Below are positions 16,357 to 29,899 of a DNA stretch of 64,000 nucleotides, in pieces (positions within the stretch are counted from its first letter, which is position 1; every line of letters begins with the position of its first letter). The position numbers and the translations under genes were made by a program. The notes beneath the pieces are model-generated. The model was not told where the DNA came from. It saw nothing but the letters and a program-made list of their open reading frames with translations, and searched no databases. This DNA comes from Eledone cirrhosa (lineage: Eukaryota), in the NCBI GenBank assembly GCA_964016885.1, contig OZ024748.1, forward strand, positions 38,626,001 to 38,690,000, given 5' to 3'.

Positions 16357-17113
16357 TTAAAAAATGGATGCAACCCATTATGCCGTGTATGTAAAAAACA
16401 ACCAGAGACCATTGAACATATAATTTCAATGTGCAGTCCTATAGCTCCAACCGAATACCTAAACAGGCATGACAGAGCTGCACAATACATACATTGGATA
16501 ATGTGTAAGCATTTTGACCTGCCCCATCAAAAGAATTGGTGGGAGCATCAACCACCTCCCATATTTGAAAAAGATCACATCTCAATCTTATGGAACTTTA
16601 GTATCCAAACAGACCAAAAAAAAACGATGCAAACAGACCTGATATAATACTGAAGGACTTTAAAAAGAGGTTATGCCTGCTAATAGATATGTCCGTTCCA
16701 ATAGACAAGAATGTATCTATAAAAATATTTGAAAAATTGAGCAAGTATAGGGACCTGGAGATACAAATTTGAAAAATGTGGAAATTGAGAACTAAAACAA
16801 TATCAGTGGTTGTAGGCGCTCTAGGAATGATACCTAAGGGGTCTAATGATTACTTATCGCAAATCCCAGGAAACCCGCGTATAGGAGAAATACAAAAGAT
16901 AGTACTAATGGGAACTGCCCATATACTAAGGAAGATTCTGTCAATATAAGTACATCACAAGTCTAAACACCTAAAGATGCATGTGTGTGTATGTATTTTC
17001 TTTCATGAACATGGCGGACCTTGTTGTCTCTTGAGGTCACTTGTTGTGACTTGGTGATAACTCGTATGAACATAGAGCAAGATAAATGCAACTGTAATAA
17101 TAATAATAATAAT
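16351..17113 (+). mobile_element. 3' fragment of an R4/Dong-like LINE (CCHC + restriction-like endonuclease) in (TAA)n
   Basis: Motifs CRVC..ETIEHIISMC, RHD, NRPDII, IDMSVP, KLSKY, VVVGALG. (AAT)n on both sides. Confidence 0.85.
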
Positions 17114-17799
17114 ATATATATATATATATATGTTCCATAATCCAAACTAAATATTTCATAACTGACAATAGACAACAACTCGGCAAGATTTTATGTCTCT
17201 CTGCATTACACCTATGAGGGGAATATAGTGCGACTGAAGCATCTAATGAAACTAATGAATAGTTAGCACATACATACACACAAACGCACATACACATATA
17301 TGTACACATACACACACACATATATATATATACACATATACACAGATATATATGTATATATGTATACATACACATACAGATAGATACATACATATTTACA
17401 AACACAAAAGGGAAAAGTCAGTCTCAGTACATTATCAACCCCAAATATTAGCTATTATTGTTATAAAGTACCAGTAATTCACTGGGATAATTGCTGGCCT
17501 TGTGCTAAAGATAGAAACAATTATTGTTATGGCACCTGAAACATCCTTCACCTCATCTTCCTCATCATCACCATAATCATCATCATCACCGTCATCATCA
17601 CAAATATCAACATCATCATCACCAACACCATCAATATAATCATCAACTACAACAACAATAACAACAACACTCCCAGTAACAGAACTCCACCAAAAGATTG
17701 CTTTAGTCGTGTCATTCTTGTCATATTTATTGTTTATCTTTTAATATCGATTAAACATTGATCTTACTGGAACATTCTACCGTCAGTCTTTACTATTAT

Positions 17800-18845
17800 C
17801 AGAACGACACTGCCAGAACGACTCTACAAAAACGGCTCTCCCAGAACGACTCTACCAGAACGACTCTGCCAGAACGACTCTACCAGAACGTCTCTACCAG
17901 AACAACTCTACCTGAACAACTCTTCCAAAACGACTCTACTAGAACGACTCTAGCAGAACGACTCTACCAGAACGACTCTACCAAAAGGACTCTCCCAGAA
18001 CGACTCTACCAGAACGACTCTGCCAGAACGACTCTACCAGAACGACTCTACCAGAATGACTCTACCAGAACGACTCTACCAGAACAACTCTACCAAAACG
18101 ACTCTACCAGAACGACTCTACCAAAACGACTCTACCAGAATGTCTCTACCAGAACGATTCTTCCAGAACGACTCTACCAGAACGACTCTACCTGAATGAC
18201 TCTACCAAACGACTCTACCAAAACGACTCTACCAGAACCACTCTATCAAAAACGACTCTACCAGAATGACTCTACCAGAACGACTCTACCAGAACGACTC
18301 TACCAGAACGACTTTACTAGAACGACTCAACCAGAATGACTCTATCAGAACGACTCTACCAAAACGACTCTACCAGAACGTCTCTACCAGAACAACTCTA
18401 CCTGAACAACTCTTCCAAAACGACTCTACCAGAACGACTCTAGCAGAACGACTCTACCAGAACGACTCTACCAAAAAGACTCTACCAGAACGACTCTACC
18501 AGAACGACTTTACCAGATCGACTCTACCAGAACGACTCTACCAGAACGACTCTACCAGAACGACTCTACCAGCATGACTCTACTAGAACGACTCTACCAG
18601 AACGACTCTACCAGAACGACTCTACCAGAACGACTCTACCAGAATAACGCTACCAATACGACTCTACCAGAACGACTTTACCAGAATGACTCTACCAGAA
18701 TGACTCTACCAGAACGACTCTACCAAAACGACTCTACCAGAACGACTCTACCAAAACGACTCTACCAGAACGACTCTACCAAAGCAATTCTACCAAAGCG
18801 ATTCTATCAAAATGATTCTACCAGAAAGACTCTACTAGAATGATC
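17800..18845. repeat. 14-bp minisatellite (CTCTACCAGAACGA)n
   Basis: About 70 copies. The 14-aa ORF periodicity equals three units. Confidence 0.95.
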
Positions 18846-19421
18846 TCACCAGTGTGAGTAACTTAGTTATTTGTTCCTGCTGGATATCTGTAGGTGTACT
18901 GCACTACGAGGTTCCTTTACTGTGTAGATGTATTCTATTACGAGGTACCTTTAATATGTAGGTGTATTCCACTAAGAGGTACCTTTACTATGTATCTGTA
19001 CTCCACTAATAGGTACCTTTAATGTCACCAATATCTCTAATAATATTAATGGCACAAGGCTGGCAATTTGAAGGGAAATGGAAGCACAACCACCACCACC
19101 ATCATTCATATCGATTATAATGATTATCTCTATTATCATCATCATCATCAACATCGTAATTACCACCACAACCATTCCACCACAATCATCATCATCATCA
19201 TTACCATCATAATCCTCACCAACACGGCCACCACAATCATCACAATCATCCACACCACCATCATACCCATCAGACTTCATGGGATGGTATAAAATCTGAT
19301 GAGAAACTCCCCGCTATTTCAGCGGTGTGTAATTGTAATTAGTTTAGCTGTGTTCCTCTCATTAACCCATTCCAGTCGGGTGGCTCAGTCGGGTAGCAGA
19401 CTGTTGCTGCATGTGTGTGTG

Positions 19422-19452
<31 letters not shown>

Positions 19453-19551
19453 CTGTGTGTAGAGGATGGCTTTGCCGTTCGTATTGCGCAGCTTAGAAAA
19501 TGGGAGTTACACTGTGGGGGTGTTATATGAATGGAGAGGGAGTGAGAAATG

Positions 19552-19613
<62 letters not shown>

Positions 19614-19675
19614 GTGTATGTGTGTGTGTGTGCGTGTGTGTGTGTGTGCGTGTGTGTATGTGTGATGAGGGTGAT

Positions 19676-19800
19676 CGGGGAGGAGGAAGTCGATTAAATC
19701 GACCTCAGTACATTACTGGTACTTTATTTTATCGATTCCGTAAGGATGAAAGGCAAAGCTAACCTCGATGGGATTTGAACTCAGACTGTAAAAAGACGTA
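19676..19800 (-). mobile_element. tRNA-SINE, partial
   Basis: SINE core and B box on the minus strand. Confidence 0.75.
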
Positions 19801-19991
19801 TATACCACGACTATTTCAACACCTAGAAGAAGAAGAAGAAGAAGAAGAAGAAGAAGAAGAAGAAGAAGAAGAAGAAGAAGAAGAAGAAGAAGAAGACACC
19901 ACCACCAACAACAACAACTATCAAATATTGTCATAAAAAGAAGAATATTTTAAAAACGGGAAATAAGAAGTTATTACATAATAAATATTAA

Positions 19992-20158
19992 ATAATTGTT
20001 TCTACGTTTGGCACAAGGCCAGCAATTATCCCAGTGCATTACTGGTATTTTATTTTATCGACTCCGTAAGGATGAAAGGCAAAGTTAACCTCGGCGGGAT
20101 TTGAACTCAGAATGGCAAGGGCCGTAACTCTTTGCGTCAAAGCATGGCGTCCGACTCT
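19992..20158 (-). mobile_element. tRNA-SINE
   Basis: Near-complete reverse-complement copy. Confidence 0.88.
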
Positions 20159-20209
20159 TTAATAATAAATATTAAATAATATTACTTTAATATTTCTTAA
20201 AACATCATT

Positions 20210-20539
20210 ACTGTTATTGTTGTTGTTGTTGGTGGGGGTGGGGTGGTGTCGGTGGTGTTGAGGTTGTTGTTGTTGGTGGTTGTGGTGGTGGTGGTCGTGT
20301 TGATGTTGTTGTTGTTGTTGGTGGTTGTGTTGGTGGTGGTCGTGTTGATGTTGTTGTTGGTGGTTGTTGTAGTGGTGGTGGTCGTGTTGATGTTGTCGTT
20401 GTTGGTGGTGGTGGTGTCGGTGGTGGTGGTTTTGATGTTGTTGTTGTTGGTGGTGGTGGTGGTCGTCGTCGTCGTGTTGATGTTGTTGTTGTTGTTGTTG
20501 GTGGTGGTGGTGTCGGTGGTGGTGGTGTCGGTGGTGGTG

Positions 20540-20571
<32 letters not shown>

Positions 20572-20633
20572 GGTGTCGGTGGTGTTGATGTTGTTGTTGT
20601 TGTTGTTGGTGGTGTCGGTGGTGGTGGTGTTGA

Positions 20634-20664
<31 letters not shown>

Positions 20665-20722
20665 GGTCGTCGTCGTGTTGATGTTGTTGGTGGTGTCGGT
20701 GGTGGTGGTGTCGGTGGTGGTG

Positions 20723-20754
<32 letters not shown>

Positions 20755-20801
20755 GGTGTCGGTGGTGTTGTTGTTGTTGTTGTTGTTGGTGGTGGTGTTG
20801 A

Positions 20802-20832
<31 letters not shown>

Positions 20833-20893
20833 CGTCGTCGTCGTGTTGATGTTGTTGTTGGTGGTGTCGGTGGTGGTGGTGTCGGTGGTGGTG

Positions 20894-20925
<32 letters not shown>

Positions 20926-21115
20926 GGTGTCGGTGGTGTTGATGATGTTGTTGTTGATGTTGTTGCTGGTGGTGGTGGTGGTGTCGGTAGTGTTGGTTGT
21001 GATGTTGTTGGCGGTGGTGATGTTGAAATTGTTGTTGTTGCTGGTGATGGTAGTGGTGCTGTTGATCGTGTTGTTGTTGTTGTTGGTGTTGGTGGTGGTG
21101 TTGTTGTTGTTGTTT
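20210..21115. repeat. Compound (TGG/TTG/TCG)n trinucleotide array
   Basis: Direct reading. Generates spurious polyQ/H, polyT/N and polyP/T ORFs. Confidence 0.95.
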
Positions 21116-21432
21116 GCCACATAGAGAGACGAGAATGTAAAGGAAGCACATTTTGTCAAGCAATAAGGAATATTTTGTGGATGTTTAAATTTGTGTGCAA
21201 ACATACATATATATATATACATATATTTTTAAGTAAAAAGAAATTCTAACCCCCTTGTTTGAAGAACTTTGTAACGCGAACTGGCGCGAAATTTATTATA
21301 ATTATTGACCAACCAATCAAATTACTTCTCTAAAAACCTGGCATTTCGAGCCACTTTTTTCCATATAAAACAAGTAAGATTCAGAGACCAACCAGATGTG
21401 AGAAAATCCACAGACCCTCCATCTCAACTCTA

Positions 21433-21468
21433 CTTTTGAAAGGCAGAAGAACTGCGAAACCGGTAAAG
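21433..21468 (+). ncRNA. Variant minimal hammerhead candidate
   Basis: CTT-TTGAAAG-GCAG aagaa CTGC-GAAA-CCGG-TA-AAG. U3/A8 is compensatory but A9 is G. Confidence 0.45.
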
Positions 21469-21596
21469 GAACCAAATAAATATATATATTTTTTTATAAA
21501 TAAGACTCCAGTTGCATTTTCGATTTCATCTTTTTTTCTTTATACTTTCACTCGTGTAGGACACCTCGGTTATTTTTCATTTTGTAAAAACAACTC

Positions 21597-21671
<75 letters not shown>

Positions 21672-21675
<4 letters not shown>

Positions 21676-21865
21676 AACCAGTAAGACCCCGACAGCTGAG
21701 CTCAAGCCGTTTCGACGGCTAATTCTGGACTCCAGAATTAGCCGTCGAAACGGCTTGAGCTCAGCTGTCGGGGTCTTACTGGTTCCTATTACCCAGTCTA
21801 CTACCTCAAGTATTGAGTACTTTGGTGCGTTATGGTCCACCTGGTTCCTTACCACAATTCCTTCG

Positions 21866-21868
<3 letters not shown>
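21672..21868 (+). mobile_element. Half-hammerhead element, family K, with a ~58-bp perfect hairpin
   Basis: Palindrome centred on CTGGACTCCAG (~21730). (TA)n on both sides. Confidence 0.85.
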
Positions 21869-21909
<41 letters not shown>

Positions 21910-23040
21910 TCGGATACATAAGTAAGTTCGGATACATAAGGAACGAACTAACACGTATCCGCAACAAATGCACCGATGCAAGAGACCGAGACACACACAC
22001 CACACATTTCCTGGAAGTACTTAAACTGAACGGATACTCGACGTCCACCGCGAACCGAGCCAGAAACAACAGAGGACACCACACCCGAGGCACTAACACC
22101 TGCTTCCTGAAGCTCCCACACTTCAGTGACAAAACAACAACAGCCATCCGAAGACCTATCAGACGAGAGGGACTAGATATCCAACTAGCCCACTCAGGAC
22201 CTTCTCTACGCGGACAGCTAACCAAAAAACACTCCACCAGACATGACAGCCGCTGCAGGTTAGCCAACTGCCCCATCAACGACACAGACCTATGCCACCA
22301 GGCTTACGTAGTATACAGATTAGAGTGCGACAAATGCAGCAATTTCAACATAGGTAGCACCACCAGACAACGTCACATAAGAATAAACGAACACCTCAAT
22401 ACTAACGCTTCCTCATTTAAGAAACACCTGGTGAAATGCAAAAACACCGACAAAAACATAATAGTTAGGATAGAAGCTAAGGAAAGAAACCTCGGAAATC
22501 TTAGAATTAAAGAAGCACTAATTATAGACAAAACGCAACGACCAATCAATAAGAGATTAGAACACAACACTCAATTTTTAACATGAAAGAGCACACTTAC
22601 ACCTCCACGTACCCTCTCTCTCTCACACACACACGCACACGCACACACACACACACGCTTACACCTCCACTTATTCTCTCTCTCACACACACACAAAGAC
22701 CAGTTTTAACATGATAGAACATCTAGCCCCCACATTTACATATAAACATATCCTCTCACACTCACACAAACACACGCACACACACGCATGCTTACACCTT
22801 CACGTATTCTCCCACACACACTTTAACATACATGTCCTTTTAAAGGGAGACAACTCCTTACTCACCTAACCTTCACTCTTTGACATTACAAATAGAATGG
22901 AATTTCTATACCATTTCCTGTCAGCATGACTTGGCAGCTAATTAGAACACTGGATTAACCCCTTTACTTCTCTCCGAAGAAGAGATATTATCTCGAAAAT
23001 TAAGGATATTCAAATAAATTTAAGGTAAAAGACTAATTGT
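21910..23040 (+). mobile_element. Penelope-like element 3' part: RT thumb/linker, GIY-YIG endonuclease, pLTR with HHR
   Basis: LKLNGY, CRLANCP, VVYRLECDKC..NIGSTTR...RINEH, IKEALII. Stop at 22586. Confidence 0.85.
22972..23005 (+). ncRNA. Minimal hammerhead candidate in the PLE 3' region
   Basis: tct-CCGAAGA-a-GAGAT att ATCTC-GAAA-at-TA-agg. Core is variant and stem I is short. Confidence 0.45.
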
Positions 23041-23158
23041 CAGCAATATCTTTTGCACTTGTATTTATATTCTATATCCATACCTGCTTTGTTTTGGCCT
23101 TCTAATTCCAAACGTTTATACCTCATTACGCAATGCTTCAAGTAAACTACAATTTCCT

Positions 23159-23203
<45 letters not shown>

Positions 23204-23347
23204 CATACTCAATGCGTACGAAGTATAAACCGGTATATACTTGTTCATAAATATATATACACATACACACATACATACACATGTATATACATACACACAC
23301 ATGCATGTATATATATATATATGTGTGTGATTTTGTGTGTGTGTGTA

Positions 23348-23418
<71 letters not shown>

Positions 23419-23767
23419 AAATAAATATGTGTATATATATATATATATTCTCAAAGGCCATCAATGTCATCAAAACATTCAGAAAGATAACTTAGACTGA
23501 TGTTTACATCATCTTAAACGACAGGAGACATTTTATTTATTTATTTATTTGTGTTTAGGATTCTTACTGAGTCAGGACAGACATTCAGGTAGTGTTGGAC
23601 AGATTGAAGACTTTCAAAGTTCCATCTTAAAGTCCGCGTTTCATGTAAATATCATCCCTGATTTAGAGGGCCGGGGTTACTATGAACGCCAGCTTGGCAA
23701 CCGATTAAAACGCGGTCCTCAGAAAAGCGTATTACGTACTGGATGTTAAATTATCACAATTTTATAC

Positions 23768-23836
<69 letters not shown>

Positions 23837-24420
23837 AAAATATATATACATATATATATAAACAAACGCATATGTAAACAAAAGAGGACATACATGTATA
23901 AATAACAATACAAACAAAATAATGGCATACTCACACACACACACTCACACAATTTATATGCACATACACACACTATATAAGCACACACACATATACACAC
24001 ATACATACGCAATTTATATACACACATACGCACTTCCTATGCACACACTCACAGATATACAGACATACGTAATTTATAGGTTCACACACACTCACACGTG
24101 TGCAATTTGGACACACGCACACACAAACACACGCACAGGCGCGCGCACACACACACACACACACCTCCATAGATAGCCATTGTATGATATTAGAAATGTA
24201 TTAGCGCTGCAAGCAGAGTAAGGGAGATAACTATTGCAATATAGGCTACAACTGACAATTGCTGTTCAATGCTGTTCAATAGAATTTAAGGTTGACTGAA
24301 AAATTACTGATTGTTTCTGATACTACAGAACATAATAGTGTGTGTGTGTATGTGTATGTATATATGGTCGTGTTTGTGTGAGTGTGTGTTTATGTGTGCG
24401 CGTGTGTGTATGTATGTATG

Positions 24421-26343
24421 GTTGTTATCTCTTTCTCTTAATTTCGAGTATATTTTTTGACCGGTCACCTTCCTGGTGGCAAGGTTGTAAAAGAAAAGAA
24501 ATTGTCATCCCTTGAATCGCAAGAATGGTTTGCAAATTTTGAAGGTGCCAGCTATCGCAGCCATTTGTAGACTATGAATTAGGGAGCTGCGCTTTTTGTC
24601 CGCAAATCCAAGTTCAGTCATACTTTGGTCCAAGCGGGTTGGTATATAACCCGTAGCTCCAATAATGATGGATATGAAGCTAAAGGTGTATCTTGGATAC
24701 TGGATTTGTAAACTCCTCATCAATGGTCCGTAGATGTCCTCCTTCTCATGTATTTTTCTGACAACGTTTACATCAAGTGGGCAGCTGATCCCCACAACAG
24801 AACACGTTTTCAATGTGTGGTCCCAAACAACAATATCAGGCCGGTTGTGCTTTAATTTGGTGGCAGTTTTTATTTTCAGGTTCCACCAGTATTCCTTAGT
24901 GCCATCTGTCGCAATATATTCTTCCTCGTTTGTTGTTAATTTTGTTTTCCGAAGTGCGTTCCAGATGGTTCTAGCTATCCCATCGTGTCTCATGGGGAGG
25001 TAGTAGCGAGATGACATTCTTTCGCAGCTGGCAACAATGTGGCTTACATCCTTGATCTTTGTTTTACATAGCCTACATTTATTGTCAGCTGCTGGCCCTC
25101 CTCTTTTGTGCAGCAGATATTTGGTAGGGAGTTCTTGTTCCTGTATTGCATAGAGATATCCCTCAAGGTGTGATGTCATAAACTTGTCGGAACTCCATGC
25201 CAGGCTTTTTGAGTGGTTTATCCCCTCTATGGCCTGTGTTTGACGCCTCAAGTATCCATGCACAACTGTTCCTGTAAATTGGTCAATTTTTTTTATCTTG
25301 TTTGAACATTGAATAGGATCTTCCGATTTCTCTGGGTGAGAGATTTATATCAGGCTTTATTCCATATCTCTCCTCCAGATCAGTCGCTATTCTAATGATA
25401 TTTTTTTTTCATGCTCATAAACCTGGGCAAGATGGTTGCCAACCTTTTTCCTCTGTTGAAGGTGTTGCTTCAGTGTTACTATCCGGGTCTCATATGTTGT
25501 TAATATTGATTTTAGACCCCGGCCACCTTTCTTGCGTGAGAAGTATAGCCTATCCACATCACCATTGATGTTAAAGTTCCCAGTAACACTGAGAAGTTTT
25601 CGAGTTCTAACATCCATCTCACTTAGTTCTTGCAATGACCAGTTCAGCAGGCCAAATGTTGGCGTTAGAATTGGCACAGCATAAGTATTGTGGGCAATGT
25701 ATTTGTTGTACGCTGACAGTTCTGATGACCATATTTTCTTTACTCTTCTGAGGTATTCAGTTCTGGTTCTCTCCTTATTTATGGGTCCATCATATCTGAC
25801 ATTCTCATCCTATCCAAGATATCTGTAGTTGTCACCTGACTGTAGAGGTTGTATTGTCAGGCCGTTCATCTCTAGATTTCTAGAGGAGGGCACAGCTCTT
25901 CCACGTTTTACTGCCAAATATGCACATTTGGACTCACCAAATTTCATTTTGATGTCGGTTGAAAATTGTGTAATGAGGTCCAATTGTTTCTTGATGTCAT
26001 TGATATTTGGCCCATACAACTTCAGGTCATCAACAAAGAAAAGATGGGAGATACTTCTGGGCCCACTTCTTTGTCCACCTTGTTTCCTGAGTAGGTAAGA
26101 TAGTGGATTCAGTGAGAGAACGAAGAGTAGCACTGACAAGCTATCACCCTTAAAGATGCCCTTCTGGTAATGTATCTTATCAGTCTTAACTTGCTCCTTC
26201 TCACCTCTAAGGATCAAATTGGTGTACCAGTTCTTGGTCAGGCGTTCAACAGCAGCTACCAATGGTTGTGGGACTTTAGCTAACTGTAAAGCCTTAATAA
26301 TCCACCCATGAGGTACACTATCAAATTCTTTTTGATAGTCCAT
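24421..26343 (-). mobile_element. 5'-truncated R4-clade LINE (RT + CCHC + restriction-like endonuclease) in (CATA)n
   Basis: [48 protein letters not shown]. Stops and frameshifts present. Confidence 0.9.
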
Positions 26344-27088
26344 GGTTGTATGTATGCACGCATGTATGTATGTATATATGTATGTATCTATATATGTATG
26401 TGTATGGTCTTATATATGTATATATGCATGTATGTGTGTATGGTTGTATGTATGTATATATGTATGTATGTAAGTGTGGCTGTATGAATAAATGTACGTA
26501 TGAATATATACATGCATGAATATATGTATGTGTATATGTATATATGTATATATGTATGTATATATGTATGTATGTGTATTTACACACTTTACACACTTTT
26601 GGATGGCCGTTGACTCTCATGAGTTCTTCCGCCCTTTGTATATACACATGTACCGCACGGTTAAACCACTGGGAGTGAGGGACCACTAGCCTTTGTCAGG
26701 GCGTTCTTCTAATTATTGATAATGGTATATCATGCGATGGCCATACTCGATAACGAGGGGGCAGCCATCATCATGTATGTGTATATATGCATGTATGTAT
26801 ATGTGTATGTATGTATAACTGTATGTATGTAAGTATGTAAATAGGATATATAATTATATAAACGTTCACCACATGACATTCAAGGTTAAATATATGAATA
26901 AGTCTGGTGAAATAATTATTTCCAGGAACAAATAAAGAGAACAAATAAAGACGCCAGGACCTTGTAACTGGAAAGTGAACTTTTTATTGTAACATGACTG
27001 TGATAGGAAATACACTGTATGTTTGTTTGTATATGTTGGTATGTGTAAAGTTTAAGACGATACCTATATATAAGTGTGTGTGTGTGCA

Positions 27089-27184
<96 letters not shown>

Positions 27185-27187
<3 letters not shown>

Positions 27188-27585
27188 GAGAAGGTGGGGA
27201 AACGGGAAGAGAGGTAGATTAAAATTGACAAAAAGATCTGATAAGGATTTAATCTTAATAATCAACTCTTTCCTCAGTTTTGTTTGTATAATGTCACCTG
27301 ACCTGTGACGTCACAACTATAATTGTTGAGGAGTTTGGGTTGGTTCAAGAATTCAATAGATTATTGACTCCATTAGATTCGAACTCCTTCACAATATTTT
27401 GTGGAAGAAATATTTATAGTTAATAATTAAAGCATTTCCTGTCATATTCAAATGAGGAGTGCTGGGTTCGGTTCTAGTTGAGGCATGTAAAATTATCTTT
27501 TGTTGATTTTAGACCGTGAAAGAAGATGGCCGCGATAACATTGAAATATAATGATGGTGATGATGATGATGATGATGATATGCTT
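27185..27585. repeat. ~370-bp direct repeat, copy 1
   Basis: Near-identical to 28600-28985. Confidence 0.9.
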
Positions 27586-27770
27586 GTACACATATTTGTT
27601 GTACCTCTAGGTGTGGGTTAGTGTATACCAAACTTCCTCTCTATATATGGCACGTTCATGGAAACGCAAATACATACAGATATGAATTGTTGCATTCGTA
27701 TGAAATCATCAGGAATACACACACACACACACACTATTTATATACATACATACATACATACATACATACA

Positions 27771-27835
<65 letters not shown>

Positions 27836-27974
27836 CATACAAAAAATCTTTTCGTTTATCACTAATTTCACTAATAATTATTTTTTATTAAACATTAAAA
27901 GGAAATTATTGGCAAAAGATAAAATAATTTAATTGCACTATTATTATTATTTTTATTATAATTATTTATTATAT

Positions 27975-28165
27975 CATGCTTTGCGGCATAAAGTTGCAAC
28001 CCTTTATGTTCTTAGTTCAAATCCCGCTGAGGAGGTTAGCTTTGCCTTTCATCCTTACCGGGTCGATAAATAAAGCACCAGTAACACACTGGGGTCGATT
28101 TAATTGATGTTCCCTTCTCCCAAAATTGCTGGCCTTGTGCCTAAAGTAGAAACAATTATTATTAT
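27975..28165 (+). mobile_element. tRNA-SINE (5'-truncated)
   Basis: B box, core and tail present. Confidence 0.82.
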
Positions 28166-28558
28166 TATTTTATTTCGCTTTATTCGGTTCAGTTTCTCTT
28201 TTGCTACGTTGAGATGTTGAACCGTGAGCAATAGAAGTTTTCATTGTAGAGAGAGAACTTCTCTGACAATGAGTCCTGTTCCTAGCAGCCTAATCTTCTG
28301 GTCTTGCTGATGTCCACTATCTGTGTTCAGTGACATTATGCGAGAAACAAAAGGTAAATGGCCTATGTGTACCTACGTGAGGATCTGTGCAGGAGTGCCT
28401 GCTTGTGCATGCTTGTCGTTACCTCTAGGTATAGGCGTACATCCGTATTGATAAATTGAGGGAATTGATTATAAACCATGAACTTGTCAAAAATTCTGTT
28501 GATTAAAGCCACACCACACACACTGATACAATAACACATGCATAGGAAGTCACACCAC

Positions 28559-28599
<41 letters not shown>

Positions 28600-28600
<1 letters not shown>

Positions 28601-28985
28601 ATAGAAAGAGGGTGGGGAAACGGGAAGAGAGGGGGGGATTAAAATTGACAAAAAGATCTGATAAGGATTTAATCTTAATAATCAACTCTTTCCTCAGTTT
28701 TGTTTGTATAATGTCACCTGACCTGTGACGTCACAACTATAATTGTTGAGGAGTTTGGGTTGGTTCAAGAATTCAATAGATTATTGACTCCATTAGATTC
28801 GAACTCCTTCACAATATTTTGTGGAAGAAATATTTATAGTTAATAATTAAAGCATTTCCTGTCATATTCAAATGAGGAGTGCTGGGTTCGGTTCTAGTTG
28901 AGGCATGTAAAATTACCTTTTGTTGATTTTAGACCGTGAAACAAGATGGCCGCGATAACATTATGAAGATGATGATATGCTTGTG
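28600..28985. repeat. ~370-bp direct repeat, copy 2
   Basis: Near-identical to 27185-27585. Confidence 0.9.
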
Positions 28986-29267
28986 TGCATTGTATATGTC
29001 AGAATATGACTATTTGCATTAAGGAGCCGGAATATATGATCAAGTTCTCATCTGTATATATACAGATATACGTTTAAAGGGAAATACGTATTTTGGGCAG
29101 GTTTACATGTCTAGATACTAAAAAATAGGTAAAAATACATAAACATTTAGGCAGTCTCCGTTACTGCTGTGGTTTGATTTCCAAAATTCAAATTTCAGAT
29201 TACGGAAGCAGAGTTTTAATATTCATTTATATCAAGGCTATTGTGGAGTAACCAGAATGACATTTGG

Positions 29268-29329
<62 letters not shown>

Positions 29330-29334
<5 letters not shown>

Positions 29335-29465
29335 CACATCCTTATACTTCGCAGCTCGCAGCTGTATTAACATTTTCTTCATTAACGTATTAAAACCGTT
29401 GCACTGACGAGAATCCTGATTTCCTCCAACCTAAGAATATGGTGTTTCACTGTATTGGAAGTTTC

Positions 29466-29471
<6 letters not shown>
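29330..29471. repeat. ~140-bp (TA)n-associated element; second copy at 43313-43453
   Basis: Two near-identical copies, each starting directly after (TA)n. Confidence 0.85.
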
Positions 29472-29524
<53 letters not shown>

Positions 29525-29677
29525 TACATTTTTCCATTACCACTGTAATGGGCCTGACGAGCCGTGGATTACAGAGTCGGGCTAAATCGATACAGATCGA
29601 ACCTGGAGCTGATCAGTGGCAAAACGCGCGTCACCAACCAATAAACATAATGAATGAGTAACCAATCGTCCGTGTTT

Positions 29678-29724
<47 letters not shown>

Positions 29725-29899
29725 TGTATAAATATGTTGGTAAATATACTAATATATATATATATATTTATTCATTAGTTAAGCGAAACAAGACCACAAA
29801 TTTCACAAGGATGACATTATTAAAAGATTGTCAACATATTTTAGTTTGATGTAAGGAAGGTAGAGAATAATAATAATAATATTAATAATAATAATGTCC

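Noticed and set aside
17758-18843. 14-aa repeat protein
   Set aside because: 14-bp minisatellite that gives the same peptide in all frames.
19378-19405. tRNA A-box-like GTGGCTCAGTCGGGTAG
   Set aside because: No B box or cloverleaf. No real tRNA gene was found, and the other A/B boxes belong to SINEs.
20159-21222. PolyQ/H, mucin-like and poly-Asn ORFs
   Set aside because: Stop-free trinucleotide array open in several frames.
29550-29595. HHR-like CTGACGA-GCC..GGC-TAAA-TCGA-TA between (TA)n tracts
   Set aside because: GAAA is mutated and stem I does not pair. At most a decayed motif, not counted.
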